Assembly: GCA_965200315.1 (NCBI GenBank)
Contig: OZ241362.1
Span: forward strand, 1,536,001 to 1,600,000
DNA: 64,000 nucleotides
Reading direction: 5' to 3'
DNA from: Candidatus Latescibacterota bacterium
GTDB taxonomy: Bacteria > Latescibacterota > UBA2968 > UBA8231
Shown: piece after piece, positions 32,180 to 41,949 of the stretch
How positions within the stretch are numbered: position 1 is the stretch's first letter
How the letters are laid out: the number at the start of each line of letters is the position of its first letter
Made by a program: the position numbers and the translations under genes
Notes under the pieces: model-generated
The model's input: the letters and a program-made list of their open reading frames with translations, nothing else
Database searches by the model: none
Told to the model about the DNA's origin: nothing

Positions 32180-33565
32180 TCAACTCCCGGCCCATGCTTG
32201 CCGCGCTTTCTCCATCTGTTCGACCACGGCCTCGGGGCCGGTGCCGCCCTCTATATTACGACGCGCCAAGCTGTGGCGCACGTCGAGCAGGCCGAGTGCA
32301 TCCGCGCCGAAATCCGCGCTGTGGGCACACAGTTCTTCCAAGCTAAGGTCAGTGAGGGCGCGGCCTTGCTCTAGCGCAGCCCGCACCAAGCAGCCGACGA
32401 CGCGATGGGCTTCGCGGAAAGGCACACCTTGGCCCACCAAATAGTCGGCCAAATCCGTTGCCAAGGCCGTAGAATCCACCGCGGACTCCATCCGCTCGGC
32501 GCGCACCTCCATGCTCTCCCAAGCACCGGCGAAAACCTCCAAGCAAATGGCCGACGTTTCCAGCGCATCGAACAGCGGCTCCTTGTCTTCCTGCAGATCC
32601 TTGGCATACGTCAACGGCACGGCCTTCATCGTCGTCAGCAACGCCATCAGGCTGCCGTACACCCGGCCGGTCTTGCCGCGTACCAGCTCTAGCGAGTCTG
32701 GATTTTTCTTTTGTGGCATCATGCTAGAGCCGGTCGCGAAGTGATCGTCGAGCTCGACAAAACCAAACTCGGCCGACGACCAGAGGATCAAATCCTCGCA
32801 GAAGCGGCTCAAGTGCATCATTAGGATCGCCAGCGCGGACAGGGTCTCGAGCAGAAAATCGCGGTCGCTGACCGCGTCGAGGCTGTTGGGGGTCACCTGC
32901 GAAAACCCGAGTTCGCGGGCAAGGAAGGCCCGGTCGAGCGGAAACGCGCTCCCAGCCAACGCCCCGGAACCCAGCGGCAGAAAGTCGGCCCGCCGCCAAG
33001 CATCCCCCAGCCGCCCGCGGTCGCGCTCCAGCATCCAAAATAGCGACAGCGCGTAGTGTGGGAAAAGGATCGGTTGCGCCTGCTGTACGTGCGTGTAGCC
33101 GGGCAACACCACGCGGCTGTGTTGCTCGCCCGACGCCAGCAGCACACCTTGCAAATGGCGAATCTGCGCCTGAAGCGATGCAATCGCGCCCCGCAGGTAG
33201 AGCCGCTCATCTAAGTTGACTTGGTCGTTGCGACTGCGCCCGGTATGCAGCTTCCCTCCGACTGGCCCGATCAGCTCGGTCAGCCGCTGCTCTACCGCCA
33301 TGTGGATGTCTTCAAGCGCGTCCGGGAGCGCACAATCCGTGGCTGAAAATTCTTCCCGTACCTGCTTTAGCCCCACTTCGATCTGCTCTAGCTCCTCCGC
33401 GCTGAGGACACCGGCTCGCTGCAGGGCGCGGGCGTAGGCCACGCTGCCCGCAACATCGGCCTCCAACAGCTTGCGGTCGAAGCCAATCGAGGCGTTGAAG
33501 CGCTCCATCAGCTCGGCCGGCGCCGACTGAAACCGCCCGCCCCAAGGCGTTTGTACCGCGGCCAT
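32180..33565 (-). CDS. argH: Argininosuccinate lyase
   Basis: WGGRF, HTGRSRNDQ and GSSMMPQKKNPD motifs. Confidence 0.97.
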   Translation of the reverse strand: MAAVQTPWGGRFQSAPAELMERFNASIGFDRKLLEADVAGSVAYARALQRAGVLSAEELEQIEVGLKQVREEFSATDCALPDALEDIHMAVEQRLTELIGPVGGKLHTGRSRNDQVNLDERLYLRGAIASLQAQIRHLQGVLLASGEQHSRVVLPGYTHVQQAQPILFPHYALSLFWMLERDRGRLGDAWRRADFLPLGSGALAGSAFPLDRAFLARELGFSQVTPNSLDAVSDRDFLLETLSALAILMMHLSRFCEDLILWSSAEFGFVELDDHFATGSSMMPQKKNPDSLELVRGKTGRVYGSLMALLTTMKAVPLTYAKDLQEDKEPLFDALETSAICLEVFAGAWESMEVRAERMESAVDSTALATDLADYLVGQGVPFREAHRVVGCLVRAALEQGRALTDLSLEELCAHSADFGADALGLLDVRHSLARRNIEGGTGPEAVVEQMEKARQAWAGS

Positions 33566-34761
33566 CAGACACCTTGGCGCAAGATCTCGTCGAATACATC
33601 TACTACTTCGTCGATGCGATCCTGCTCGACGACCAGCGGTGGCAGGAAGCGCACCACATCGGCCCCAGCTGTGGCCACCAAGATGTCGCGCTGGCGGAAG
33701 GCGGCCAGATAGTCGGCGGCCGGCTGGCTAGTGACGGCGCCGACTATTAGCCCTCTGCCGCGAACTTCGGCGATGTGCTCAGGCCAGCGCTGTTGCAGCT
33801 TTTGTAGGCGGCCGAGCAGGTGTTCGCCTTTTTCGCGCACCCCGTCGATAAAACCCGGCTCCAACAGCTTGCCCAAGACCGCGTTCGCCGCGGCGCAAGC
33901 CACGGGATTGGCACCGAACGTCGCGGCGTGGTCGCCGGCCTCAATGGCGTCGGCCACTTTCTGCCGCAAGAGCGCGACGCCGATTGGCAAACCGCCGCCG
34001 AGCGCCTTAGCCAAGGTCATAATATCTGGCTCAACCTCGTATTGTTGATAGGCCCATAGCGATCCCAAGCGCCCGCACCCCACTTGGATCTCGTCGAAGA
34101 CCAGCAGCATATCCCGCTCGTCGCACAGGTGCCGCAGCCCGGTGAGAAACTCCGCCGTCGCGGCGTGGATCCCACCCTCGGCCTGCACCGGCTCGACCAA
34201 AATCGCGCAGGTCTGATCCGAGACCAGTGATTCTACAGAGGCCAAATCGTTGAATTGGGCGAAGTCAATACCCGGCAGCAACGGCCCAAACCCCTTGTGG
34301 TACTTGGGCTGGCCGGTCGTGGAGATGGACCCGTACGTCCGCCCGTGAAAGGAGTTTTCAAAGGCAATGAGGCGATTTTTGGGCGAGTCGTGGGTGGTGT
34401 TGCCCCACTTGCGGCAGAACTTGAGCGACGCCTCCCACGCCTCGGTGCCGCTGTTGCAGAAGAACACCCGGTCGGCAAACGAGTGCTCGACCAGCCGCTG
34501 CGCTACTTGTACCGAGGGGATTGTGTGGTAGAGGTTGGACACGTGCATCAACTTGGCGGCCTGGGTCTGAATGGCCTTGAGCACCTCGTAGTCGCCGTAG
34601 CCCAACGCATTGACCGCCAAGCCGCTGACAAAATCGAGATAGCGGTTGCCGTCCATGTCGAAGAGATAGACCCCATTGCCCCGCTCTAGTACGAACTCGG
34701 GCCGGCCGTAGGTCTGTAAAATGTATTGCGCCTCGCCTTTGATAATGTCTTGGGTTTTCAT
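33565..34761 (-). CDS. argD: Acetylornithine aminotransferase
   Basis: FCNSGTEA, FHGRT, EPVQAEGG, DEIQVG and AKALGGG motifs, in arg context. Confidence 0.93.
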   Translation of the reverse strand: MKTQDIIKGEAQYILQTYGRPEFVLERGNGVYLFDMDGNRYLDFVSGLAVNALGYGDYEVLKAIQTQAAKLMHVSNLYHTIPSVQVAQRLVEHSFADRVFFCNSGTEAWEASLKFCRKWGNTTHDSPKNRLIAFENSFHGRTYGSISTTGQPKYHKGFGPLLPGIDFAQFNDLASVESLVSDQTCAILVEPVQAEGGIHAATAEFLTGLRHLCDERDMLLVFDEIQVGCGRLGSLWAYQQYEVEPDIMTLAKALGGGLPIGVALLRQKVADAIEAGDHAATFGANPVACAAANAVLGKLLEPGFIDGVREKGEHLLGRLQKLQQRWPEHIAEVRGRGLIVGAVTSQPAADYLAAFRQRDILVATAGADVVRFLPPLVVEQDRIDEVVDVFDEILRQGV

Positions 34762-34776
34762 GGTTTCTCCGTCGTC

Positions 34777-35664
34777 CTACTGGACAATTTGGGTGCCAAT
34801 GCCCTTCCGAGTGTAAAACTCGAGCAACATCGCATGCGGCACACGCCCGTCAATAACGTGGGTTTTGCGTACGCCAGCTTTGACGGACTTGACACAAGCT
34901 TCGACTTTGGGAATCATCCCACCGCTGATCACGCCTTGGTCCATTAGCTCGCTCACCTCAGAGACGCGCACGGTTGACAGCAGGGACGCATCGTCTGCGA
35001 GATCGCGCATAATGCCTTGCACGTCCGTCAAAAAGACTAACTTTTCAGCGTGCAGGGCCGCGGCGATTCCCCCGGCCGCCGTATCGGCATTGACGTTAAA
35101 GCCCTCGCCCTCCGGGCCGCGGCCAATCGGTGCAACCACCGGAATCATACCCTTGGCTATCAAGTCCAATAAAGGCGCGGTGTCCACGTGCTGGACATCG
35201 CCGACATAGCCGATGTCCAAGGGACCGCCATCGGTTTGGACCCAGTGCTTGCGCACCTGCATAATCCCAGCGTCCTTGGCCGAGACGCCCACGGCCCGCC
35301 CGTCTAGCGCACCAATCTCGCGGACGATCCGCGCATTAACCTCGCCAAAGAGCACATCTTCGACCACCTTCATCGTGGCTGCGTCTGTCACCCGCAATCC
35401 AGCTACGCGCTGGCTTTCAAGGCCTAGCTCTTGCAGGCGGCGGGTGATGGCCGGGCCGCCGCCGTGGACCACGACCGGACAGATGCCGACCGCCTGCATG
35501 AAGACGATGTCCTTATATACGGTGTCCCCGCTGCCCATCGTGCTGCCGCCGTATTTGACGACCATCACTTTGCCGCAAAATTCCTGTAAGTACGGCAGGG
35601 CCTCAATCAGAGTTTCGGCTTTGCCGATCTGGATCTGCAAGTCCTGCAAGATCTCGGCGTTCAT
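34777..35664 (-). CDS. argB: Acetylglutamate kinase
   Basis: EALPY, VVKYGG, VHGGGP, NVNADTAA and GGMIPKV motifs. Confidence 0.96.
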   Translation of the reverse strand: MNAEILQDLQIQIGKAETLIEALPYLQEFCGKVMVVKYGGSTMGSGDTVYKDIVFMQAVGICPVVVHGGGPAITRRLQELGLESQRVAGLRVTDAATMKVVEDVLFGEVNARIVREIGALDGRAVGVSAKDAGIMQVRKHWVQTDGGPLDIGYVGDVQHVDTAPLLDLIAKGMIPVVAPIGRGPEGEGFNVNADTAAGGIAAALHAEKLVFLTDVQGIMRDLADDASLLSTVRVSEVSELMDQGVISGGMIPKVEACVKSVKAGVRKTHVIDGRVPHAMLLEFYTRKGIGTQIVQ

Positions 35665-36131
35665 CAGTTGTCCTCGCCGCACACCGCGTTGATCTTATCG
35701 ACTAACTTAGCCGCATCTTGCTCGAAACGAGTGACGATAAAGATCGTGTTTTCGCCGGCCAACGTACCCACGACCTCGGTCCAACTCATGCGATCGATGG
35801 CCTCGCAGACGCTTTGGGCGTGCCCCGACGCGGTCCGCACCAGCACCATGTTGATTACCTGTTCAATTTGGACTAAAAAATCCTGCAACTCTCTTTCTAG
35901 AATGTGCAGGTCGCGCAACGTGGCTCCAGCTTCGGGCAGCGTATAGCGAAATCCTCCATCGGCCTGCGGCACCCGCACTACGCCTATTTCTCGCAAGTCT
36001 TTCGACAAAGTTGACTGGCTGACCTCAATACCCTGTTGCTGGAGAACTTCGGCCAATTTTTCGTGCGTATCAATGGCCCTTCTGTAGAGCAGGTCCCGTA
36101 TGCGGGTCTGCCGCATCTGTTTATTTCTCAT
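35664..36131 (-). CDS. argR: Arginine repressor
   Basis: VSQSTLSKDLRE HTH and GTLAGENTIF. First gene of the arg cluster. Confidence 0.93.
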   Translation of the reverse strand: MRNKQMRQTRIRDLLYRRAIDTHEKLAEVLQQQGIEVSQSTLSKDLREIGVVRVPQADGGFRYTLPEAGATLRDLHILERELQDFLVQIEQVINMVLVRTASGHAQSVCEAIDRMSWTEVVGTLAGENTIFIVTRFEQDAAKLVDKINAVCGEDN

Positions 36132-36191
36132 AATTTTTATTATTTAATTGAAATAAAAATTCAAAGTAGAGTACCGCCAAGGCCGTGTCAA
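36132..36191 (-). promoter_or_regulatory. arg promoter with putative ARG box
   Basis: Minus strand TTGACA (36191-36186)-N17-TACTTT (36168-36163), overlapped by the imperfect palindrome TTGAATTTTTATTTCAA, which resembles the TGAAT-N4-ATTCA ARG box. Confidence 0.65.
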
Positions 36192-36207
36192 GCAAAACGC
36201 AGCCGCA

Positions 36208-36990
36208 CTACGCCCGACCCGAGGCCATCTGCTCTTGTAGGCGCAGCGTAAGCTGCCGGCGGTCCAGCCCCCGCCAAAAGACTCCGCCAATGGCCAGCGA
36301 AATGGTGCTGTTCTCCTCGGAGACGACGATAATCACCGCGTCCGATTCCTGTGACAGACCCAATGCTGCCCGATGGCGGGTTCCCAACCGCTGGTCTTCG
36401 ACCTGTTCGGCCAAGGGCAAGGTGCAACGGGCCGCCACCAAACGCTCTCCTTGAATAACGACAGCTCGGTCGTGCAGTGGGGTGCGCGGGCTGAAGATCG
36501 TGGCCAGCAAATCGCCCGACACTTCCGAGTTCAGGGGCACTCCGGTCTCAATGACCGGCCTGAGCTGGACTTGGCGCACCAACACGATTAGTGCCCCGTA
36601 CCCCAAGTCGGCCAAGCGCTCCACTCCACTGACGACCTCGTCGATGACCCGTGCCCGCTCGGCCTTGTAAAACCAGCTAAACGCCGGGGTCTGACCCAAG
36701 ACTTGGAGGAGCCGTCGCAGTTCGGGCTGGAAGAGGATGACCAGCAGGATTAGCAAGATAGAACGCACCTGCTCCAAAAGCCAAGACAGAGCGTTCATCT
36801 TGAGCCAAGGCGCGGCCAAGGCCACGATCACCAGCAGCAGCAGCCCAGCCACCATGTGCGCGGCTCGGGTTTCCTGGATTAGAGAGAGCAAGCGGAAGAC
36901 GATAAAGGCTACCAGCAGTATATCCACCACCGAGGTCAGCGAGACGGGCAGAAAGCCAAAGAGGTGGAACAGGACCGGGTCTTTTAGCAC
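36208..36990 (-). CDS. cdaA: Diadenylate cyclase CdaA/DacA (membrane-anchored)
   Basis: Three TM helices, FQPELRR, GALIV, PLHD and GTRHRAA motifs. Confidence 0.9.
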   Translation of the reverse strand: MLKDPVLFHLFGFLPVSLTSVVDILLVAFIVFRLLSLIQETRAAHMVAGLLLLVIVALAAPWLKMNALSWLLEQVRSILLILLVILFQPELRRLLQVLGQTPAFSWFYKAERARVIDEVVSGVERLADLGYGALIVLVRQVQLRPVIETGVPLNSEVSGDLLATIFSPRTPLHDRAVVIQGERLVAARCTLPLAEQVEDQRLGTRHRAALGLSQESDAVIIVVSEENSTISLAIGGVFWRGLDRRQLTLRLQEQMASGRA

Positions 36991-37832
36991 GGTGCTTGGC
37001 CCCGCACGGCCTCGACTAAGCGGACGGCCCGCAGCGTCGCGGCCACGTCGTGGACTCGCAGGATGTGGACGCCGGCCCTAGCCGCTAGAGCCGCCGCCGC
37101 CAAGCTGCCCTCCAAGCTCTCGGCGACCGAGAGCCCGAGTGTTTTCCAGATAAAGGATTTGCGCGAAGCCCCCACTACCAATGGGCACTCCAAACCCAAG
37201 AAGTGCTCTAACATCCCTAACAAGGCGAGGTTGCCCTCCGGCGACTTGCCAAACCCCAAACCCGGATCCACGGCCACGCGCTCGACGCCTTGGGCATGGG
37301 CAACACATACGCGCTCTTCTAGGAAGGAGTACACTGCCCCGGGTAAGTCGTCGTAGTGAGTATTCTGCTGCATGGTGGCCGCCGTGCCCCGGCGGTGCAT
37401 CAGAACCATGGGGGCTTGAGCCTGTGCGGCGACCTCGGCCATAGCCGGATCGTGCCGCAGGGCGCTAATGTCGTTGATAATATCGGCCCCCGCCTCAAGG
37501 GCCCGGTGCGCCACTTCAGCCTTGACCGTGTCAACCGAGATGGGCACATCGCTCTGGCGGCGGAGACCCTCAATGACCGGGAGAACCCGGGCGCACTCCT
37601 CGGCGACTGAGACCGCCTCGGCGACCCCGTACATCGGCGGCCGCGACGATTCACCGCCGATATCGACGATTGCCGCCCCTTCCTCCACCATCTCTAAGCC
37701 GCGCTCCACCGCAGCCTGCGGCTCGCAGTAGCACCCCCCGTCGTAAAACGAATCGGGCGTCGCATTGAGGACGCCCATGATCTGTACTTGGTCGGAAAAG
37801 TGGAGGGTGCGACTTCCCAACTCCCAGATCAC
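36984..37832 (-). CDS. folP: Dihydropteroate synthase
   Basis: MGVLNATPDSFYDGG, DIGGESSRP, DPGLGFGK, SRKSF and RVHDV motifs. Confidence 0.96.
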   Translation of the reverse strand: MIWELGSRTLHFSDQVQIMGVLNATPDSFYDGGCYCEPQAAVERGLEMVEEGAAIVDIGGESSRPPMYGVAEAVSVAEECARVLPVIEGLRRQSDVPISVDTVKAEVAHRALEAGADIINDISALRHDPAMAEVAAQAQAPMVLMHRRGTAATMQQNTHYDDLPGAVYSFLEERVCVAHAQGVERVAVDPGLGFGKSPEGNLALLGMLEHFLGLECPLVVGASRKSFIWKTLGLSVAESLEGSLAAAALAARAGVHILRVHDVAATLRAVRLVEAVRGQAPC

Positions 37833-39766
37833 GCCTCATTCTCGTCGCTTAAGGCGCGCACCGGTTTGCGGGCGAGAGGCTCTCCAGCCAAGACTTGGTC
37901 GATCTCCGCGTCGTCGAGGACTTCGTATGCGAGGAGGGCGCGGGTCAAGGAGTGCAACTTGTCCTCCTTTTCCCCGAGGATGCGCAACGCCGTTTCCTCG
38001 GCCTCTACCACCAACTTGCGGATCTCGCGATCAACGGCTTGGGCGGTCTCTTCACTCAAGTGGCGGCTGCGGGTGAATTCCTTGCCGAGGAAGACCTCGT
38101 CGTCGCCGCCGCCCAATGAGAGAGGACCGAGCTCTTCGTTCATACCCCAATCGCAGACCATCGAACGGGCCAAGCGCGTCACTTGCTGGTAGTCGCCTTG
38201 GGCTCCGGTTGAGCGCTCGGCAAAGATCAATTTCTCAGCGGCGCAACCGCCCAGCGCCGTCGCCAAGTGCGCCTTGAGCCGCGTCTCGGTCAGCGAACGC
38301 CGCTCGTCAGCGAGAAAGGAGACCATGCCCATGGCCTGCCCGCGCGGGATAATGGTGGCCTTGCCAATGGCCGGACCGCCTTTGAGGCTCTTGGCGACCA
38401 AAGCGTGGCCCGCTTCGTGGTAGGCCGACAGCCGCTGATCCTCCTCGGTCAGGACCATGCTGCGGCGCTCGGCCCCAAGCATCACCTTGTCTTTGGCCGC
38501 CTCAAAGTCGCCCATGTCAACGGTCTTGCGGTCGCGCCGCGAGGCCAGCAAGGCCGCTTCGTTGACCAAGTTCTCCAAGTCGGCCCCAGAAAGCCCGGGG
38601 GTGCCCTGCGCCACCTTTTGCAAATCGACGTCCGGATCCAGCGGCACTTTGCGCACGTGAACCTTGAGCACACCCTCCCGACCTCTGACGTCGGGCAGGT
38701 CAACCACCACCCGGCGATCGAAACGGCCGGGCCGCAAAAGCGCTGGGTCGAGCACATCGGGACGATTGGTCGCGGCGATGAGAATGACGCCGTCGTTGGA
38801 CTCAAAACCGTCCATTTCCACTAGAAGCTGGTTGAGGGTCTGCTCGCGCTCGTCGTGGCCGCCGCCAATGCCTGCGCCTCGGTGGCGACCCACCGCGTCG
38901 ATCTCATCGACGAAAATTAGGCACGGAGCATTGGTCTTGCCCTGTTCAAAAAGGTCGCGCACACGCGAAGCGCCAACGCCGACGAACATCTCGACGAAGT
39001 CCGAACCACTAATCGAAAAGAAGGGCACACCCGCTTCGCCAGCCACCGCACGCGCCAAGTGCGTCTTGCCCGTACCCGGCGGCCCGACCATCAAGACGCC
39101 CTTGGGAATCCGCCCGCCGAGGCGCTGAAACCGGTGGGGATCCTTGAGAAATTCAATGATCTCCTCCAACTCCTTCTTGGCCTCGTCGGCCCCAGCCACG
39201 TCGGCAAAGGTCGCCTTGTGCTTGTCTTCCAACAGGAGTTTGGCCCGACTTTTGCCAAAGGAAAACAGCCCGCGCGCACCGCCCTGCATCTGCCGCAACA
39301 TAAATATCCAGAAGGCGATAAACAGCAGCCACGGCAAAAAGCTGAAGAGGAAATTGTACCACCGGAAGGGTTCTTCCTCAAAGCGAAAATCGACCCCTTT
39401 TTCTCCCCACTCGCGCTTGGTCTCCGCGTCTATTGGGCCCAAGTTGACTACAAAGCGGCTCCCCTCGTGCAAGACGCCCTCAAACTCGCGCTCACCGACG
39501 ATGACCGCCTCGGCAATGCGGCCATCGTCCAAGTATTGGCGGTATTCCTTGTAGGAGACCAGCTGAGGATCGGAGGGTTTGCTGCCAACGAATTTGGCGA
39601 TGGAGATCATCACCAACACAAAGAAGAGCCAAAACGCTTGGGTTCGCGAGGGGCGTCGCCAGCGGCGCGGCCTGTCTTCGCCATCGCCCTCTTGGCGGTC
39701 CAGCCCACGGTCGTCCTTAAAGCGCGTAGGTCGCTCCTCCTCGGCCTGCTTTTTTCGTCCCTCCAT
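37829..39766 (-). CDS. ftsH: ATP-dependent zinc metalloprotease FtsH
   Basis: Two TM segments, [23 protein letters not shown] and HEAGH. Confidence 0.98.
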   Translation of the reverse strand: MEGRKKQAEEERPTRFKDDRGLDRQEGDGEDRPRRWRRPSRTQAFWLFFVLVMISIAKFVGSKPSDPQLVSYKEYRQYLDDGRIAEAVIVGEREFEGVLHEGSRFVVNLGPIDAETKREWGEKGVDFRFEEEPFRWYNFLFSFLPWLLFIAFWIFMLRQMQGGARGLFSFGKSRAKLLLEDKHKATFADVAGADEAKKELEEIIEFLKDPHRFQRLGGRIPKGVLMVGPPGTGKTHLARAVAGEAGVPFFSISGSDFVEMFVGVGASRVRDLFEQGKTNAPCLIFVDEIDAVGRHRGAGIGGGHDEREQTLNQLLVEMDGFESNDGVILIAATNRPDVLDPALLRPGRFDRRVVVDLPDVRGREGVLKVHVRKVPLDPDVDLQKVAQGTPGLSGADLENLVNEAALLASRRDRKTVDMGDFEAAKDKVMLGAERRSMVLTEEDQRLSAYHEAGHALVAKSLKGGPAIGKATIIPRGQAMGMVSFLADERRSLTETRLKAHLATALGGCAAEKLIFAERSTGAQGDYQQVTRLARSMVCDWGMNEELGPLSLGGGDDEVFLGKEFTRSRHLSEETAQAVDREIRKLVVEAEETALRILGEKEDKLHSLTRALLAYEVLDDAEIDQVLAGEPLARKPVRALSDENEA

Positions 39767-39781
39767 GACAGATACTCTAGG

Positions 39782-41155
39782 TCAATCGCCGTCCCAATGC
39801 CTCAGCGTACACAAGGCGATGCGGCGCGTAGTGGATTTTATTCTGAAAGCATGACTAGAACGCAGCGGCGCGACCCAAGCTATTTCCTCCCCTCGGGCCA
39901 GCACCAGCACTTCGTCGCGCACGATTTTCGGCCACTTGGCGTCAATGAGAAAGTCGCTCAACTTCTTGTGACCTTTCATGCCCAGCGGCTGGAAGCGATC
40001 ACCCGGCCGCTGGCTGCGCACTTGCACCCGTGTGCCGAGGCGATCCGCGTCTAAAGCCACTTGCGCACCCCCTAGCCGGGCCTTATCAAAGCGATCCGGG
40101 GAGACGACTTGGACGCGGATTTTTACGCCGTACTCTCTTAGCACCAGTGCGCCGGGTATATCGAAGCAACGCACGACCAGCGGCCGCTGCCCGCCGCGCA
40201 GGATATAGCGCGTACCGCAACCCTGCCCCCGCAGACCAGCACCCAACACCCGCAGACGCTTGTCGTCGGCCTCAATCCAGCCCCGCACTTGCTCGACGCG
40301 GACAAAATCAAAAGGGCCATCCGCGGCGGCGAGGCCCTGGAGCACGCCGCGCAGTATGCGCCTTTGTATGGCTATATGATAAGCGAGAAGCCTAGTCCTA
40401 TCAAGGGCCACCTTGTCGTTGCAATGCTCACAAACCACTGTATCTAAAGCCTCTTGGGTTAACTCCGCGAGTAGATCGTCCTCGGCTTTGAGAAGCGCGG
40501 CGGTGCGATTTAGAACCTCGGCGATGTTGGGATTATAGCTCTCGAGCAAGGGCATTAGTTCCCCGCGCACCCGATTGCGCAAAAAGCGCGAGTCGCGGTT
40601 GGAGGGATCCTCTCGGTAGCGCAAGCTCCGCTGGTGTGCGTATTTTTCGATCTCAGCGCGCCGCACGCGCAGCAGCGGCCGCAGATAGCGTCCCTGGCGT
40701 ACAATCTCCATCCCGCCTAAGCCGGTGGCACCGCTACCGCGTAACAAGCGCAAGATCACGGTCTCGGCTTGATCATCGCCTTGGTGCCCCAAGGCGATGA
40801 ACTCAGCCCCGGTCCGGTCGGCGACTTGGTCGAGAAAGGCGTAACGCTGCCGCCGACCCGCTTCCTCCAGCGACCGGCCCTCGGTTCGGGCGTAAGCCTC
40901 CACGTCGCGCCGCTCTATCGAGTAGGGCAGCCCGCGACGCTGCGCCTCTTCGGCGACAAAGCGGCTGTCGGCCGCCGAATCCGGCCGCAGCGCATGGTCC
41001 AAGTGCGCCACATGCAACCGGTACCCTAAGCCATCCAAGACATCGAGCAGTACCGTCGAATCGACGCCGCCCGACACAGCGACTACTATGCCGGCCCCGG
41101 CCTCCAATCCCGCTTCCTGTAGCACTTGCCGCACACTGGCGACTATGGCTTCCAT
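39782..41155 (-). CDS. tilS: tRNA(Ile)-lysidine synthetase
   Basis: AVSGGVDS PP-loop, HQGDDQAET, RPLL, DPSN and RNRVR motifs. Confidence 0.95.
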   Translation of the reverse strand: MEAIVASVRQVLQEAGLEAGAGIVVAVSGGVDSTVLLDVLDGLGYRLHVAHLDHALRPDSAADSRFVAEEAQRRGLPYSIERRDVEAYARTEGRSLEEAGRRQRYAFLDQVADRTGAEFIALGHQGDDQAETVILRLLRGSGATGLGGMEIVRQGRYLRPLLRVRRAEIEKYAHQRSLRYREDPSNRDSRFLRNRVRGELMPLLESYNPNIAEVLNRTAALLKAEDDLLAELTQEALDTVVCEHCNDKVALDRTRLLAYHIAIQRRILRGVLQGLAAADGPFDFVRVEQVRGWIEADDKRLRVLGAGLRGQGCGTRYILRGGQRPLVVRCFDIPGALVLREYGVKIRVQVVSPDRFDKARLGGAQVALDADRLGTRVQVRSQRPGDRFQPLGMKGHKKLSDFLIDAKWPKIVRDEVLVLARGEEIAWVAPLRSSHAFRIKSTTRRIALCTLRHWDGD

Positions 41156-41234
41156 GGCCTTTGTTCCCGTCGCACGAAAACAGAAAATTACCCCAAGCAA
41201 GTAATGGAGGGCAAATTAGACGAAGAGGCGCCCC

Positions 41235-41268
41235 TTGACAAAATGAACTAATGTGCAGTATATATAAT
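41235..41268 (+). promoter_or_regulatory. lexA promoter with candidate SOS box TGAAC-N4-GTGCA (41244-41257)
   Basis: TTGACA at 41235-41240 and a TATATATAAT tract at 41259-41268, with the near-palindrome between them. Confidence 0.6.
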
Positions 41269-41314
41269 TTCAGGTCTTCTTTCACCTTTCCTCCCCAGTT
41301 ATGGAGGTACACTC

Positions 41315-41941
41315 ATGCCCAAACCCCTCACCGAGCGCCAACAAGCAATTTACGACTTCATTGCCGCTGCAATTCGCTCCGGGGGTCCGCCCACGATCCG
41401 CGAAATCATGGATGTCTTTGGCATCAACTCCACCAATGGAGTACGCACTACTTTGGAGACTTTGGAAAAAAAAGGCTACATCCGCCGCCGGGCACGCCGC
41501 TCCCGGGGCATAGAGCTCGTCGATTACGTCAGGCCGGCCTCCCTTTCCACTGATTTGCGCGAAGTGCCCCTAATTGGCCGAGTCGCTGCGGGCACCCCCA
41601 TCCTCGCCACCCAAAACATCGAGAACACGCTCAATGTCGATGCATCGCTCGTCCCCGCTTCGGGCGCTGTCTTCGCGCTGCGCATCCACGGCGAGAGCAT
41701 GTGCAACGCCGGTATTCTCGACGGCGACATCGTCATCGCCCGCCAGCAAGACCGCGCCGAGCACGGCGATATCGTCGTCGCGCTGCTCGGCGACGAAGCC
41801 ACGGTTAAGCGCTATGCTCCCGGCCCCGACGGCATCCGGCTCCTGCCTGAAAACGAGGCGTTCAACCCCATTGTCGTCCCGCCCGACGCCGACGGGTTCA
41901 GCATCGCTGGCAAAGTTGTGGGCCTCATGCGTCGTTTCTAG
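41315..41941 (+). CDS. lexA: SOS transcriptional repressor LexA
   Basis: LTERQ, PPTIREI, the VAAG cleavage site, GESM catalytic Ser and ATVKR catalytic Lys. Confidence 0.97.
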   Translation: MPKPLTERQQAIYDFIAAAIRSGGPPTIREIMDVFGINSTNGVRTTLETLEKKGYIRRRARRSRGIELVDYVRPASLSTDLREVPLIGRVAAGTPILATQNIENTLNVDASLVPASGAVFALRIHGESMCNAGILDGDIVIARQQDRAEHGDIVVALLGDEATVKRYAPGPDGIRLLPENEAFNPIVVPPDADGFSIAGKVVGLMRRF

Positions 41942-41949
41942 GGTGCGGT

